NCBI GenBank assembly: GCA_937138415.1
Contig: CAKZPA010000040.1
Span: 9-64,008, forward strand
Direction: 5' to 3'
Length of the DNA stretch: 64,000 nucleotides
Source: an uncultured Nitrospiraceae bacterium
GTDB taxonomy: Bacteria > Nitrospirota > Thermodesulfovibrionia > Thermodesulfovibrionales > SM23-35
Shown: piece after piece, positions 29,657 to 39,512 of the stretch
Layout of the letters: each line of letters starts with the position of its first letter
How positions within the stretch are numbered: the first letter of the stretch is position 1
Position numbers and translations under genes: made by a program
Notes under the pieces: generated by a model
Seen by the model: the letters and a program-made list of their open reading frames with translations, nothing else
Told to the model about the DNA's origin: nothing
Database searches by the model: none

Positions 29657-31798
29657 GTGGCTGAGAACGCCGACAGAATTCCGCTCGATGCCCGATTGCT
29701 CGGTGATGCCATTATCGAGCTGAATATCTCGCGACGCAACGTCTCGATCTACCCCCGTGATCATCCTTCGGTCGACAAATCGCTCGGTCGCGCCTTCGCC
29801 TTCATGGAGAAGCTTTTTGAGTTGAGACCCGAAATAACGCTCGCTGTCGCGAAGGACACGCTCATCATCGATGATTACTATCTCGACAAGAAGAACCCGG
29901 TCTACCGCGAGTTCGCTCTCCATCTGAGCGACATGAGCATTTCTCACGTCACCTTCGTCACGGGTCTCGGCAAAGAAGAACTCTACGCATTCCACCGCTT
30001 CATTTCGGAAAAGAGAGACAGTGCCTCGGTCGCGGATCTCGAGAATTCTTTCAGGGAACTCAACCTCCTGCACATCAGGGCCGGTTTCATCGACTACGGT
30101 GCCTTTCGGTTCGTCGAGGGGGCATCCGAGACCGCTGCGAAGGACCCGTCTCTGTGGGAGCGGTACGTTTACGGGCTCCTCGAAGGGACCCTGCAGACGA
30201 ATGATATCGCGGACGGGATCGTTGAAATCCCCCCCGATATGCTCGCCCGGTTTGTCAACAGGATGGTCGTTGCGGAGCACAAAGAGGAGACCTACGATAG
30301 CGTCATCACGTCCTATGTGAGACGTTCGACCGAGAGCGCGTTTACGAGCAGGGATCTGCGGCGGCTCCTCGATTTCATCAACGGACTGAGACCGGAGTTG
30401 AAGAAGCAGTTCCTCACGTCGACGGTGAGGGTCGTTTCGAAAGACCTCGATGCAGCGTACAAGTCTCTTCGCGGGGTTTCCGTCGATGAGATCATCGAAC
30501 TGCTCGGTGTCATCAATGAGCAGAAGGTGGTCATCCCGGACGCGTTGAAAAACCTCCTCGACAAATTCTCTCTCCTCCCGTGGGAAGGCGTCGCGACTCC
30601 TCTCTTCGGCGGCGGTCTCCTCGTCGATGACATATTCCTGTCGCCCGATATCGTGAATCTTCTCAGGGAGGATCAGTTCGGCGCCTTCATCGACTCGACC
30701 TATCACAAGGAGATACAGAAGGTGATGGCGTTCAAGGCACCGAGGGTCGGTTCCGATACCGCCGCATGGGAGCAAGAATTCAGTGAAGAGGCGATAGAAA
30801 GGGATTTCAATCGGGCGGTTCTCGAAGTCCTCCGCTCGGATGTGATCAGCTCGGAAGAGTATCAGGAATTCGTCGATTTGATGAGGGAGCAGACCGAGCA
30901 GTTCGTGTGGACCGGGCAGTACGGCCGACTTATCGATATTGTCCGCCTCCTTTCAGAACACGAGAAGGACGAGCGGTTTTCCGAAAAAGCGAGCGAGGCA
31001 CTGGCGGAGTACTACTCGGATGCGTTCGTCGGCGGTCTAATCGAGTCGTTCAGGGTCGTGGGGAGGCAGGTACGGGAAGAGGCCTGGAAGCTCTGCGATT
31101 TCTACGGAGAACGGATCATCCCCAAGCTCATCGATGCGCTCATCGACGATTCATCGCAGGTCAACCGGCGTTTCTTCATCGGCATCCTCAAAGAGTTCGG
31201 AGACAGGATCATACCCGAGGTGCTGAGAAAGCTCGGTGACAGCAGGTGGTATGTGAAGAGGAACATGCTCTACATCCTCGGTGATTGCCAGACGCCCGAC
31301 ATCGTGCCCCACATCCGGCCGTACTGTCGGCATGAGAACCGCAAGGTGAGCATCGAAGCGATAAAGTGTCTCCTGAATGTCGGCGACAGGTATGGGATCG
31401 ACGCCCTCAAGGATTACATCCGTTCAGAATCTGGCGAAGCGGCCCGGGAATGGATTGCGCTCGCGGGGGCTTACCGCGTGAGGGAACTGGTCCCCGATCT
31501 CCTTGCCGTCCTGAGGAAGCGAGCGTTGACCGGCAGCGATCTCTACGAGAAGATTCCCGTGGTGAAGGCACTCGGGGAAATCGGCGACCCGCGCGCGCTC
31601 GATGCGCTTCGGGATCTCGTCCTCGGAAAGAGTATTTTGTTCCGGAACGTCGCCGAGAGAGTGCGGGAGGAGTTCTACCGCACGCTGAAACAGTATCCGC
31701 TCCCCTCCGTGAAAGATTTTATCGAGGCCGGCTTGAAATCGAAGAACAAGCTGATACGAGAAGAATCCGAGCGGCTGAGCACGAAGGATCAGGGGTAG
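29657..31798 (+). CDS. HEAT-repeat domain protein
   Basis: C-terminal HEAT/PBS-like repeats (LGDSRWYVKRNMLYILG, ALGEIGDPRAL); N-terminal YPRDHP domain. Start uncertain (GTG 29642 or 29657). Confidence 0.8.
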   Translation: MAENADRIPLDARLLGDAIIELNISRRNVSIYPRDHPSVDKSLGRAFAFMEKLFELRPEITLAVAKDTLIIDDYYLDKKNPVYREFALHLSDMSISHVTFVTGLGKEELYAFHRFISEKRDSASVADLENSFRELNLLHIRAGFIDYGAFRFVEGASETAAKDPSLWERYVYGLLEGTLQTNDIADGIVEIPPDMLARFVNRMVVAEHKEETYDSVITSYVRRSTESAFTSRDLRRLLDFINGLRPELKKQFLTSTVRVVSKDLDAAYKSLRGVSVDEIIELLGVINEQKVVIPDALKNLLDKFSLLPWEGVATPLFGGGLLVDDIFLSPDIVNLLREDQFGAFIDSTYHKEIQKVMAFKAPRVGSDTAAWEQEFSEEAIERDFNRAVLEVLRSDVISSEEYQEFVDLMREQTEQFVWTGQYGRLIDIVRLLSEHEKDERFSEKASEALAEYYSDAFVGGLIESFRVVGRQVREEAWKLCDFYGERIIPKLIDALIDDSSQVNRRFFIGILKEFGDRIIPEVLRKLGDSRWYVKRNMLYILGDCQTPDIVPHIRPYCRHENRKVSIEAIKCLLNVGDRYGIDALKDYIRSESGEAAREWIALAGAYRVRELVPDLLAVLRKRALTGSDLYEKIPVVKALGEIGDPRALDALRDLVLGKSILFRNVAERVREEFYRTLKQYPLPSVKDFIEAGLKSKNKLIREESERLSTKDQG

Positions 31799-31804
31799 CG
31801 GACG

Positions 31805-32914
31805 ATGGTCAGGTCGTTTCTGTCGATAGCGATGTCAGCGGTGTCGAACTGCTCGCTCTATTCGAAGGATCACGCGTCAGTTGAGGAACTCGGACGGAAG
31901 GCGTTCTCGATCCTGAACACGCTCCTCGAGGAATCGGAACGGCTCGAACTGATGATCGTCGGTGAAGATCTTATCGTCAACAAATCTCCGCTCAAGGATA
32001 TCGGCATTCAGGGGAAGAATTTGCTGAAACGTTTGCGCAAGAAGGGCATCACACGCGTCGATATCCTGCGCGGGGTATCCTATGCAGAAATGAAACAGTG
32101 GATCGCGGGCATCGCGTCCGTCCACGAGGAGATCAAAGGGTCCGCTCATATCAAGGTGGGTACCGTCGATGTGCGCATCGGCGGATTGAGGGTTGACGGC
32201 GAGTTTGTGGCCGATATGGCGGTACCCCCGGGACTCCCGTCGGTCCAGGTCGAAAAAGTGAAAGACCTCTACCAGGGCGTGTCGCCTTTCAAGAAATTGA
32301 ACATGACAGGGCTCGAAGACATTGTCGTGAACTTTATCCTCACGTTCAAGAGGGAAGTCAATATCCTGAAGCTCATCAGCCCCGTGAAGTCGTACAGTGA
32401 GTACACGTACACGCACGCAACGAACGTGACCGTGCTCTCCCTGTTCCAGGCCGAGTCGCTCGGCTTCAAGGACGATCTCTTGCGGGATATCGGGATCGCC
32501 GCTCTCCTGCACGATGTGGGGAAGCTCTTCATGTCGAAAGAACTCCTCGAAAAGAAGGTCGCGCTGGACGAGTGGGAACGGAGCGAAATACGGCTGCATC
32601 CCGTTTACGGTGCTAAATTCCTCGCGAAGATGGACGGCGTGCCCCGACTCGCGACGATCGTCGCGATGGAGCACCATCTCAGATACGACGGCACGGGGTA
32701 CCCCGTCTACGCGATGGGGAAGAAGCAGCACCTGTGCAGTCAGATTGTTGCCATCGCTGACTTTTTCGATGCGTTGCGGAGCCAGAGGCCGTATCGGAAA
32801 GCGCTCGAGGTCAAGGAGGTTCTCGCCCTCATCAAGAAGGATGCGGGGAGCGCGTTCAACCCGTTTCTCGTCGATAATTTTCTGCGTTCGATGCAGGCGG
32901 CCCTATCGGAGTGA
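31805..32914 (+). CDS. HD-GYP domain phosphodiesterase
   Basis: HATNV, LLHDVGK, HPVYG, HHLRYDGTGYP and IADFFDAL..RPYRK motifs. Confidence 0.92.
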   Translation: MVRSFLSIAMSAVSNCSLYSKDHASVEELGRKAFSILNTLLEESERLELMIVGEDLIVNKSPLKDIGIQGKNLLKRLRKKGITRVDILRGVSYAEMKQWIAGIASVHEEIKGSAHIKVGTVDVRIGGLRVDGEFVADMAVPPGLPSVQVEKVKDLYQGVSPFKKLNMTGLEDIVVNFILTFKREVNILKLISPVKSYSEYTYTHATNVTVLSLFQAESLGFKDDLLRDIGIAALLHDVGKLFMSKELLEKKVALDEWERSEIRLHPVYGAKFLAKMDGVPRLATIVAMEHHLRYDGTGYPVYAMGKKQHLCSQIVAIADFFDALRSQRPYRKALEVKEVLALIKKDAGSAFNPFLVDNFLRSMQAALSE

Positions 32915-33246
32915 AGGGAATGGCGAAGAAATGCGGTGATTCCGCCGTTCCCATTCCGAGCAGGGAAACGGTGAGACAGAAGATCGTATCCCTCCTCGAG
33001 GGAGGACGCCTCACCGCTCTTGAACTCTCTCTCGAATGCGGTATCCCGGAACGTGATGTGTTCGACCACCTCGGACATATCCAGAAGAGCATCGGCAGAT
33101 CCGGTCAGTCTCTCGTGGTAACTCCTGCGGCGTGCAGGAGGTGCCATTTCGTTTTTCGGAAGCGGGAACGGCTGAAGAAACCGGGACGATGCCCTGTCTG
33201 CCGGAGCGAAACGATCCGCGACCCCGTCTTTTCGATCAAAAAATAA
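32911..33246 (+). CDS. Small HTH + zinc-ribbon protein (predicted regulator)
   Basis: TVRQKI...LTALELS...HLGHI, then CRRC and CPVC. Start may be a few codons downstream. Confidence 0.8.
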   Translation: MKGMAKKCGDSAVPIPSRETVRQKIVSLLEGGRLTALELSLECGIPERDVFDHLGHIQKSIGRSGQSLVVTPAACRRCHFVFRKRERLKKPGRCPVCRSETIRDPVFSIKK

Positions 33247-34450
33247 CCTGCAGAACCTCGTCTATCTCTCTGAGTGCGTTGATGATGCTGCGCGCTTCGT
33301 GAGGGTGAAGAGACGCCGCGTTCACCGAGGAAATGACGTTCACGACGCCGTCGAATCCGTCGCGGACGCGGAGATCGTTGTCCATGTGTCGGGCGAAGGC
33401 ATGCCGGATGGCATCTGCCATGCCGTGCTCCCGTGTGTACCGTTTCCCTGCCCGACGGCGGATGCGACCGACCAGTCTCCTGCAGTTCCTCAGTCTCTGT
33501 ACCGCGAGATCCATCAGAGCGTCATCGTAGTCCATCTTTTCCCGGTAGTGGCCGTCGATGAGGAAGAAACGCACGTCCCGGTTATCGTACCCCTTCGCGC
33601 AGAGAGTGTCCGTGTAGATCACGTTCCCCTCGCTCTTCGACATCTTTTCCCCGCGGACGAAGAGGTGGTTGCAGTGCAGCCAGTATTTCGCCATAGGAGC
33701 CCCCCGAACGGACTCGAGGATCGCTTTCGTATAGTCGTGGTGCCGGTAGAGATTGTCGATGCCCCCGCAGTAGATCGAGAGCGTTTCATCGAAGAAGTGA
33801 CTGATCATGCTCGCATCCTGGATATTCCACGCCGGTCGTCCTCTCCCGATCTCGGTGTCCCAGAAACAGGGATCGCCAGGCTTGTAGCCGTGCCAGAGGA
33901 TAAAGTCTCCCCGATTCCACTGAACGCCCGGGTATGTGTCGCGGTGGAAACGCCTCTTCTTGCGCGGCCAGCGCGACATGTCGAGTCCGAAGAGCCTGCC
34001 GAAATCCGGAAACGTGAGAGGATCGAAATAGGCGTTTCCGCCGTGCCAATAGGCATAGCCTTTTTGAACGAGCGCGCGCGTGAGGCGCGCCGCGTCTTCG
34101 ACGTGTTCCGACGCCCGCGGCAAAAAATCCGGCTCCTTCATTCTGAGGAAGTTCATCTCCCGGAGGAAGTCTTCGATGTTCCTCGACGTGAGTTGAAGGA
34201 GGGTCATCTTCTTCCTCTCGGCTTCGGCAATCGCCTTGTCTTCCACATCGGTGAGACTCATTCCCCTCTGAACGCGGTAACCCGCATACATGAGGTAGCG
34301 CACGAGGATATCCTCGAACAGGAACGTTCTGAAATTGCCGATATGGGCTCTTTGATACACGGAGGGACCGCACGTGAATACGGTGACCATGTCTCTCCGC
34401 ACGGGAGAGAACGGTTCCATGTGTCTGCCGAGGGTGTTGAACAGGTGCAT
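33236..34450 (-). CDS. Cysteinyl-tRNA synthetase-like class I ligase (atypical paralog)
   Basis: FTCGPSVY, HIGN, DFILW, GRPAW and KMSKS are present. WHIEC reads WNIQD and HHENE reads HHDYT; only 404 aa. Confidence 0.88.
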   Translation of the reverse strand: MHLFNTLGRHMEPFSPVRRDMVTVFTCGPSVYQRAHIGNFRTFLFEDILVRYLMYAGYRVQRGMSLTDVEDKAIAEAERKKMTLLQLTSRNIEDFLREMNFLRMKEPDFLPRASEHVEDAARLTRALVQKGYAYWHGGNAYFDPLTFPDFGRLFGLDMSRWPRKKRRFHRDTYPGVQWNRGDFILWHGYKPGDPCFWDTEIGRGRPAWNIQDASMISHFFDETLSIYCGGIDNLYRHHDYTKAILESVRGAPMAKYWLHCNHLFVRGEKMSKSEGNVIYTDTLCAKGYDNRDVRFFLIDGHYREKMDYDDALMDLAVQRLRNCRRLVGRIRRRAGKRYTREHGMADAIRHAFARHMDNDLRVRDGFDGVVNVISSVNAASLHPHEARSIINALREIDEVLQVIF

Positions 34451-34573
34451 CGGTTAAGGATGCCCGGGACTGCGCAGTGCGGCCGCAAACCTGGCGGCAT
34501 TCATTTTATCACAATCGAGGGGGTTGGGGGTTCTCCTGTTTCGCTTCTGTTTTCTGTATCATATACGTGACCG

Positions 34574-35032
34574 ATGGCGACCGACAAAGTGAAGAGTCTC
34601 GTCGACGAGGGAAAAAGCGCGCTCGGTCGGGGAGACACGCTGACGGCGCTCTCCCTCTTTGAAAAAGCGGCAGAGACCCCGGGTGATCTCTCGGCGCGCT
34701 CCTTTCTCGCGTATTGCATGGCGAAGGAGCGCGGACTCGCGGCGCGCGGGATCGCAGTGTGCAGGGAATGTCTCGAGAGGGAACCCGATAATGCTCTTCA
34801 CTACCTCAACCTCGGAAGGATTTATCTGATCATGAGGAAGCGCGGAGAGGCGATCGCGGTCTTCAGGGAAGGTTTGAAGCGCGAACGAAATGAGGATATC
34901 GTTGCCGAACTGAACCGGCTCGGCGTGAGGAGCGCACCTGTTCTCCGCTTTCTGAGCAGGAACAATCCGATCAACAAATATCTCGGCATTCTCCTCACGA
35001 TGCTGAAGATTCGCTCGTCGTCCTGCCGTTGA
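34574..35032 (+). CDS. Tetratricopeptide repeat protein
   Basis: TPR-like helices (EPDNALHYLNLGRIY). Confidence 0.82.
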   Translation: MATDKVKSLVDEGKSALGRGDTLTALSLFEKAAETPGDLSARSFLAYCMAKERGLAARGIAVCRECLEREPDNALHYLNLGRIYLIMRKRGEAIAVFREGLKRERNEDIVAELNRLGVRSAPVLRFLSRNNPINKYLGILLTMLKIRSSSCR

Positions 35033-35065
35033 CGCGCGTCGGCTCCGCATTTTAGTATAAATGTT

Positions 35066-36277
35066 ATGGTGAAGCCGGAAGAACAGCTTGCAATCATCAA
35101 GCGGGGTGCCGTGGAGATCATCGTCGAGGAAGATCTCCTCGGAAAGATCGAGAAGTCGTATCGCGACGGCAGACCGCTCAGGATCAAAGCGGGATTCGAT
35201 CCGACCGCGCCCGACATCCATCTCGGCCACACCGTGCTCCTCGAGAAGATGCGGCAATTCCAGGAACTCGGACACGAGGTGATCTTCCTCATCGGTGATT
35301 TTACGGGTATGATCGGCGATCCGAGCGGGAAGAGCGAGATGCGGAAACCGCTCACGCGCGAGGAAGTGATCGAGAACGCGAAGACGTACCGTGTGCAGAT
35401 CGCGAAGATTCTCGATCCCGAGAGGACGAGGGTTGCGTTCAACTCGGAGTGGATGGAGACGATGACCGCATCGGAGATGATCCGGCTCGCGAGCAGGTAC
35501 ACCGTCGCGCGCATGTTGGAACGCGAGGATTTCAGAACGCGTTGGGTGAACCAAAACCCTATCGGTATCCACGAATTCCTCTATCCATTGATACAGGGGT
35601 ACGACTCCGTGGCGTTGCATGCCGATGTCGAATTGGGCGGGACAGATCAGAAATTCAACCTTATGGTCGGTCGGGAACTCCAGAGAGAGTACGGACAGGA
35701 AGCGCAGTGCATCGTCCTCATGCCTCTCCTCGAGGGTCTGGACGGCGTCAAGAAGATGAGCAAGAGCCTCGGCAATTACATAGGCATCACCGAGCCCCCG
35801 TCCGAAATGTTCGGAAAGATCATGTCGATCAACGATGACCTGATGCTCAGGTACTACGAACTGCTGAGCCACATTTCGCTCGAGGAGTTCGAGACGCTCA
35901 AAAAGGGGCTGGGCGACGGGACGGTCCATCCTAAAGCGGCGAAGGAGACCCTCGCGTTCGAGATCGTGGAGCGATACTGGGGGAGGGACGAGGCGGTGCG
36001 TGCCAGAAACGAGTTCGAGCACGTCTTCCGCGGAAAAGGGCTCCCCGATCACGTCCCGACGGTCTCGCTCCGATGGGAAGAAAAGGAAATGTGGGTACCG
36101 AAGATCATGAAGCTCTCCGGTCTCACGGCGAGCACAGGTGAAGCCCTCAGATTGATCAGACAGGGCGGGGTGACGGTGAACGAGAAGAAGATCGAGGACC
36201 CGGACACCGCGCTGCCGGCGGGCCGCTACCTCTTCAAGGTCGGAAAGAGAAAATTTCTCTCGGTGCAGGCGGTCTAG
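35066..36277 (+). CDS. tyrS: Tyrosine--tRNA ligase
   Basis: [35 protein letters not shown]-terminal S4-like domain. Confidence 0.98.
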   Translation: MVKPEEQLAIIKRGAVEIIVEEDLLGKIEKSYRDGRPLRIKAGFDPTAPDIHLGHTVLLEKMRQFQELGHEVIFLIGDFTGMIGDPSGKSEMRKPLTREEVIENAKTYRVQIAKILDPERTRVAFNSEWMETMTASEMIRLASRYTVARMLEREDFRTRWVNQNPIGIHEFLYPLIQGYDSVALHADVELGGTDQKFNLMVGRELQREYGQEAQCIVLMPLLEGLDGVKKMSKSLGNYIGITEPPSEMFGKIMSINDDLMLRYYELLSHISLEEFETLKKGLGDGTVHPKAAKETLAFEIVERYWGRDEAVRARNEFEHVFRGKGLPDHVPTVSLRWEEKEMWVPKIMKLSGLTASTGEALRLIRQGGVTVNEKKIEDPDTALPAGRYLFKVGKRKFLSVQAV

Positions 36278-36280
36278 CGA

Positions 36281-36829
36281 TCACGCATTCATTTTCCTCG
36301 CCGCGAGCGCGAGGAACCCGAAGATTTTCACGTCAACCAGATTTCCCTCGGACTGCATGGCCGAGAGGAATTCGAAGACGGCAGGGAGCGGCACCCTCAT
36401 CACCTCGATCTCCTCGGACTCGTCTGGCTCCGGAGGACCCGTGTAACGAAGGTCCTGAGCGAGGTAGACCGTGAGAATTTCTCCTGACGCTCCCGAGGAC
36501 AGAGGTCCTTCCGCGAGAAACGTCAGTCGTCCGGCGGAGTAGCCTGTTTCCTCACGGAGTTCCCGTCTCGCCGCGTCCTCGAGGGACCCTCCTTTGTCGT
36601 TCAGGCCGGCGGGGAACTCCACCACGTAGCCGTCTACCGCAGGACGAAACTGGCGGACCAGGATGACCTCATGGTCATCGGTGATCGGAACGAGCGCGAC
36701 GATGCCTTCGCAGTTGATCCGTTCCACGTATTCCCAGTCACGGAGGAAGCCGTTTTTGTCTGCATAGCGTGCCGTTACGAGCCTCAGGAACGAACCCTCG
36801 TGGACGATGCGTCTCTCGACGACTCTCAT
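36281..36829 (-). CDS. NUDIX hydrolase (ADP-ribose pyrophosphatase-like)
   Basis: VRQFRP, EFPAG and Nudix box G...AARRELREETGY. Confidence 0.92.
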   Translation of the reverse strand: MRVVERRIVHEGSFLRLVTARYADKNGFLRDWEYVERINCEGIVALVPITDDHEVILVRQFRPAVDGYVVEFPAGLNDKGGSLEDAARRELREETGYSAGRLTFLAEGPLSSGASGEILTVYLAQDLRYTGPPEPDESEEIEVMRVPLPAVFEFLSAMQSEGNLVDVKIFGFLALAARKMNA

Positions 36830-38676
36830 GACTCCTGTGAGGGGGACCGATGGAGGGGCAGCAGTATGCGAAAAGTGGTCGTCGAATCGTCCGTGGAGAC
36901 TTCCAGTTTTCCACGGTTGGCCTGGATGAAACGATAGATGATATTCAGACCGCGACCTTTCACGTCGCCTCTCTTTATCTGTTCCACGTTCTCCGCAGAT
37001 ATCTTCCCGGAATTGCGGATTTCGCAGACCGCCATGTTTCCTTCGCGGTAACTCGCGACCGCGAGTTCGCCGCCTTCTTCGGGGATCGCCTTCGTCGCGT
37101 TGTCGAGCAGGTTATCGAGGACCCTTTCGAGGCCGATAGGCGAACAGTAGACGATGAGACCCGGCTCGCGTGTCTCGTCGATGAGACGGATATTGCGGCG
37201 TTGCTGCTCCCTGATCGCCTCCTCATTGATCCGGAACCGCCGTTCCACGACTTCCGAGAAGTTGACCTCCCGCTCTCTCCCCTCGACCGTGGAGTAAATC
37301 GCCAGTTCCTGGAGCCGCGAGCTCTCCTGAACGACGATGTCGAGGTATTCGGACAGCCGCGCTCTCGCGTTCTCGAGATCCCCACCGTCGAGGAGCTTCT
37401 TCGTCCTCTTTGCAAAGCCGGCGATCGCGATCGCGGGATTCTTGAAATCGTGGAGGACGTCATCCAGTTTCTCGATCCTCAGCGCTTTCATGATTTCCTT
37501 GCCGAAAAACGTGAGGAGTTCGATTTCGTGTCCCGAGAATTGCTGGCGCCGATCTTTCGCATAGAACACGAGTATGTAATTGATCTGTTCGTCTGCTCTC
37601 AATGGAATGACGAGGACGGAGTTGACATTTTGACGAACAGCGTAACGTTTCAGTTCGTCGTTCGATAGCCTGCTTCTGAGGGGATCTTTGATGAGGAGGT
37701 ATGAGTAGGTGATTCGCTCGTGCTCGTAATCGCCCATCTTCTCGGTGTCGTAGAGGAGAGCGCGGAGATACGGGTACTCGTTCACGGGTAAGACGCAACA
37801 GATTTCGTAAATCGCCTGATCTTGCGGATACTCGAGTTCGATCCATACCGACTGCCGATCCTCCGAGACCGACAGAAGGGTGCAGCTCTGCACCTGAATG
37901 ATCGGAACGAGTTCCGGTATCATCATTCCGAAAACGTCTTTCATCTTGATGCCTTCGCGGTGGCTCAGTTTGACGAAGATCTTTTCCACGATCTTTTCTT
38001 TTTGGATATTCAGCTTTTGAAGATCGATGATGCGTTTCCGCGCCAGCACGTAACTCACTCGCCTCGCCATCAGTTCCGCATTCGAGACCTCGAGCGGATC
38101 GAACCGCCGGTCTGTTTCCCGGTAGTAGATTTGGATACTTCCGTGGATATCGTGCTCGCCGTCGACGAAGGCAGGAATAAGGAGCGGAACCGCCAAGAGG
38201 GAGTTGAAACCGAGATCTCTCACGACGTCCTTGTTTGTGTAATCCGGCTCGAGGAGGATATTCGGAACGAGATAACTCTTGCCGCTCTTTATGACTTTGC
38301 CGGCGACCGACTTATCGACCGGAATGCTCCTCTCTCGCCCGGCCTCCGCATAGTACTGGAAGGAACCGAACGCAACGAGACCATCAGCATCCCGATCGAA
38401 GATACGAATCGACGCCCCCGCCGCGTGCAGAAAAGAGACAATCTTTCGGGCAGCTTGTTCGAGAATCTCCCTCCATTCGAGGTGGGGATCGATACGGATG
38501 ACATCTTCGACCATCTGGACAACCTGCTCCACGTGGGGTGAGATGCACTCTTTTCTGAGGAGGTCCGCGAGGTGTTCCATCTCCTGCGCGGAGAGGCGGC
38601 ACCGTCCGATAATCGGATTCGTTCGAAGGAATTGTATAACGGCGTCATCCATGAAGTGTTCCGTATTCCTCTTCAT
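36826..38676 (-). CDS. Soluble GAF-GAF sensor histidine kinase
   Basis: Two GAF-like domains, H-box HDFKNP, N-box NLLDNATK, GRGL; no TM segments. Confidence 0.85.
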   Translation of the reverse strand: MKRNTEHFMDDAVIQFLRTNPIIGRCRLSAQEMEHLADLLRKECISPHVEQVVQMVEDVIRIDPHLEWREILEQAARKIVSFLHAAGASIRIFDRDADGLVAFGSFQYYAEAGRERSIPVDKSVAGKVIKSGKSYLVPNILLEPDYTNKDVVRDLGFNSLLAVPLLIPAFVDGEHDIHGSIQIYYRETDRRFDPLEVSNAELMARRVSYVLARKRIIDLQKLNIQKEKIVEKIFVKLSHREGIKMKDVFGMMIPELVPIIQVQSCTLLSVSEDRQSVWIELEYPQDQAIYEICCVLPVNEYPYLRALLYDTEKMGDYEHERITYSYLLIKDPLRSRLSNDELKRYAVRQNVNSVLVIPLRADEQINYILVFYAKDRRQQFSGHEIELLTFFGKEIMKALRIEKLDDVLHDFKNPAIAIAGFAKRTKKLLDGGDLENARARLSEYLDIVVQESSRLQELAIYSTVEGREREVNFSEVVERRFRINEEAIREQQRRNIRLIDETREPGLIVYCSPIGLERVLDNLLDNATKAIPEEGGELAVASYREGNMAVCEIRNSGKISAENVEQIKRGDVKGRGLNIIYRFIQANRGKLEVSTDDSTTTFRILLPLHRSPSQES

Positions 38677-38789
38677 AATATCAGAGCGGCGTACCGGGCA
38701 TCAACGGAAGGCGGGGACCGGATCGTCGCAAAAAGGGAGAAAGCGGGCCTCTGCACGCCGGTAGAGACCCTCTTCCGGAAAAGACCTGG

Positions 38790-39446
38790 TCAGTGCGCGG
38801 GATGACTTTCTCCTGTCTTCGGAAGGTCGATCAAGCGGACGGTGCCTTTTTCGATGTCGTACTCTCCCGCGACGATCTTCAACGTGCCTTCTCGAGCGAG
38901 ATGGCTGACGATCGTGCTTCTCTTCATGATGTCTGCGTAGACGTTCTTGATGTTTTCGTGGATGGCCGTCTCGAGCATTTCATCCTCGGTCCCGCCTTTT
39001 TTCTTTGCGGCTTCAGCGGCAGGCGCGATCTTCTTCACGATTGCGCCGATATTCCCTTCGGGTTCCTTCTCAGCCTCGAGTGTCGCTTTCACGGCACCGC
39101 ACTTCGTGTGGCCGAGGATGAAGAGGAGCGGTGACTGCAGGTGCTCCGCAGCATATTCGATGCTCCCGAGTGCGATAGGATCGACGACATTGCCGGCGAC
39201 CCGTATCACGAATATGTCACCGATCCCTTGATCGAAGAGGATTTCGGGCGGTATCCTCGAATCGGAACAGGTGACGACTATTGCGAAAGGTTGCTGGCCT
39301 TTTCCGAGTTCCATCCTCTTTGAAGGGCCGATATCCTTGCCCGCGATTTTCCCTTCTACGTACCGCTTGTTGCCGTCCATCAGCTTCTGCAGGGACTCGT
39401 CCCCGGCGCTCCCGGCAAGTGCGACCAACAACCTCATCTTCTTCAT
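38790..39446 (-). CDS. Beta-class carbonic anhydrase
   Basis: CSDSR, RVAGN, SIEYA, GHTKCGAV; SD GGAGG before ATG 39446. Confidence 0.93.
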   Translation of the reverse strand: MKKMRLLVALAGSAGDESLQKLMDGNKRYVEGKIAGKDIGPSKRMELGKGQQPFAIVVTCSDSRIPPEILFDQGIGDIFVIRVAGNVVDPIALGSIEYAAEHLQSPLLFILGHTKCGAVKATLEAEKEPEGNIGAIVKKIAPAAEAAKKKGGTEDEMLETAIHENIKNVYADIMKRSTIVSHLAREGTLKIVAGEYDIEKGTVRLIDLPKTGESHPAH

Positions 39447-39512
39447 ACATATACCTCCTGACATTTAGAGGGTGAGATGTGACAGCCCTCGAAGAGGGCA
39501 TGGAATGCGATG

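Noticed and set aside
33236-34450. Calling this gene cysS or mshC
   Set aside because: Zinc ligands are altered and the anticodon domain is missing; there is no mycothiol pathway context.
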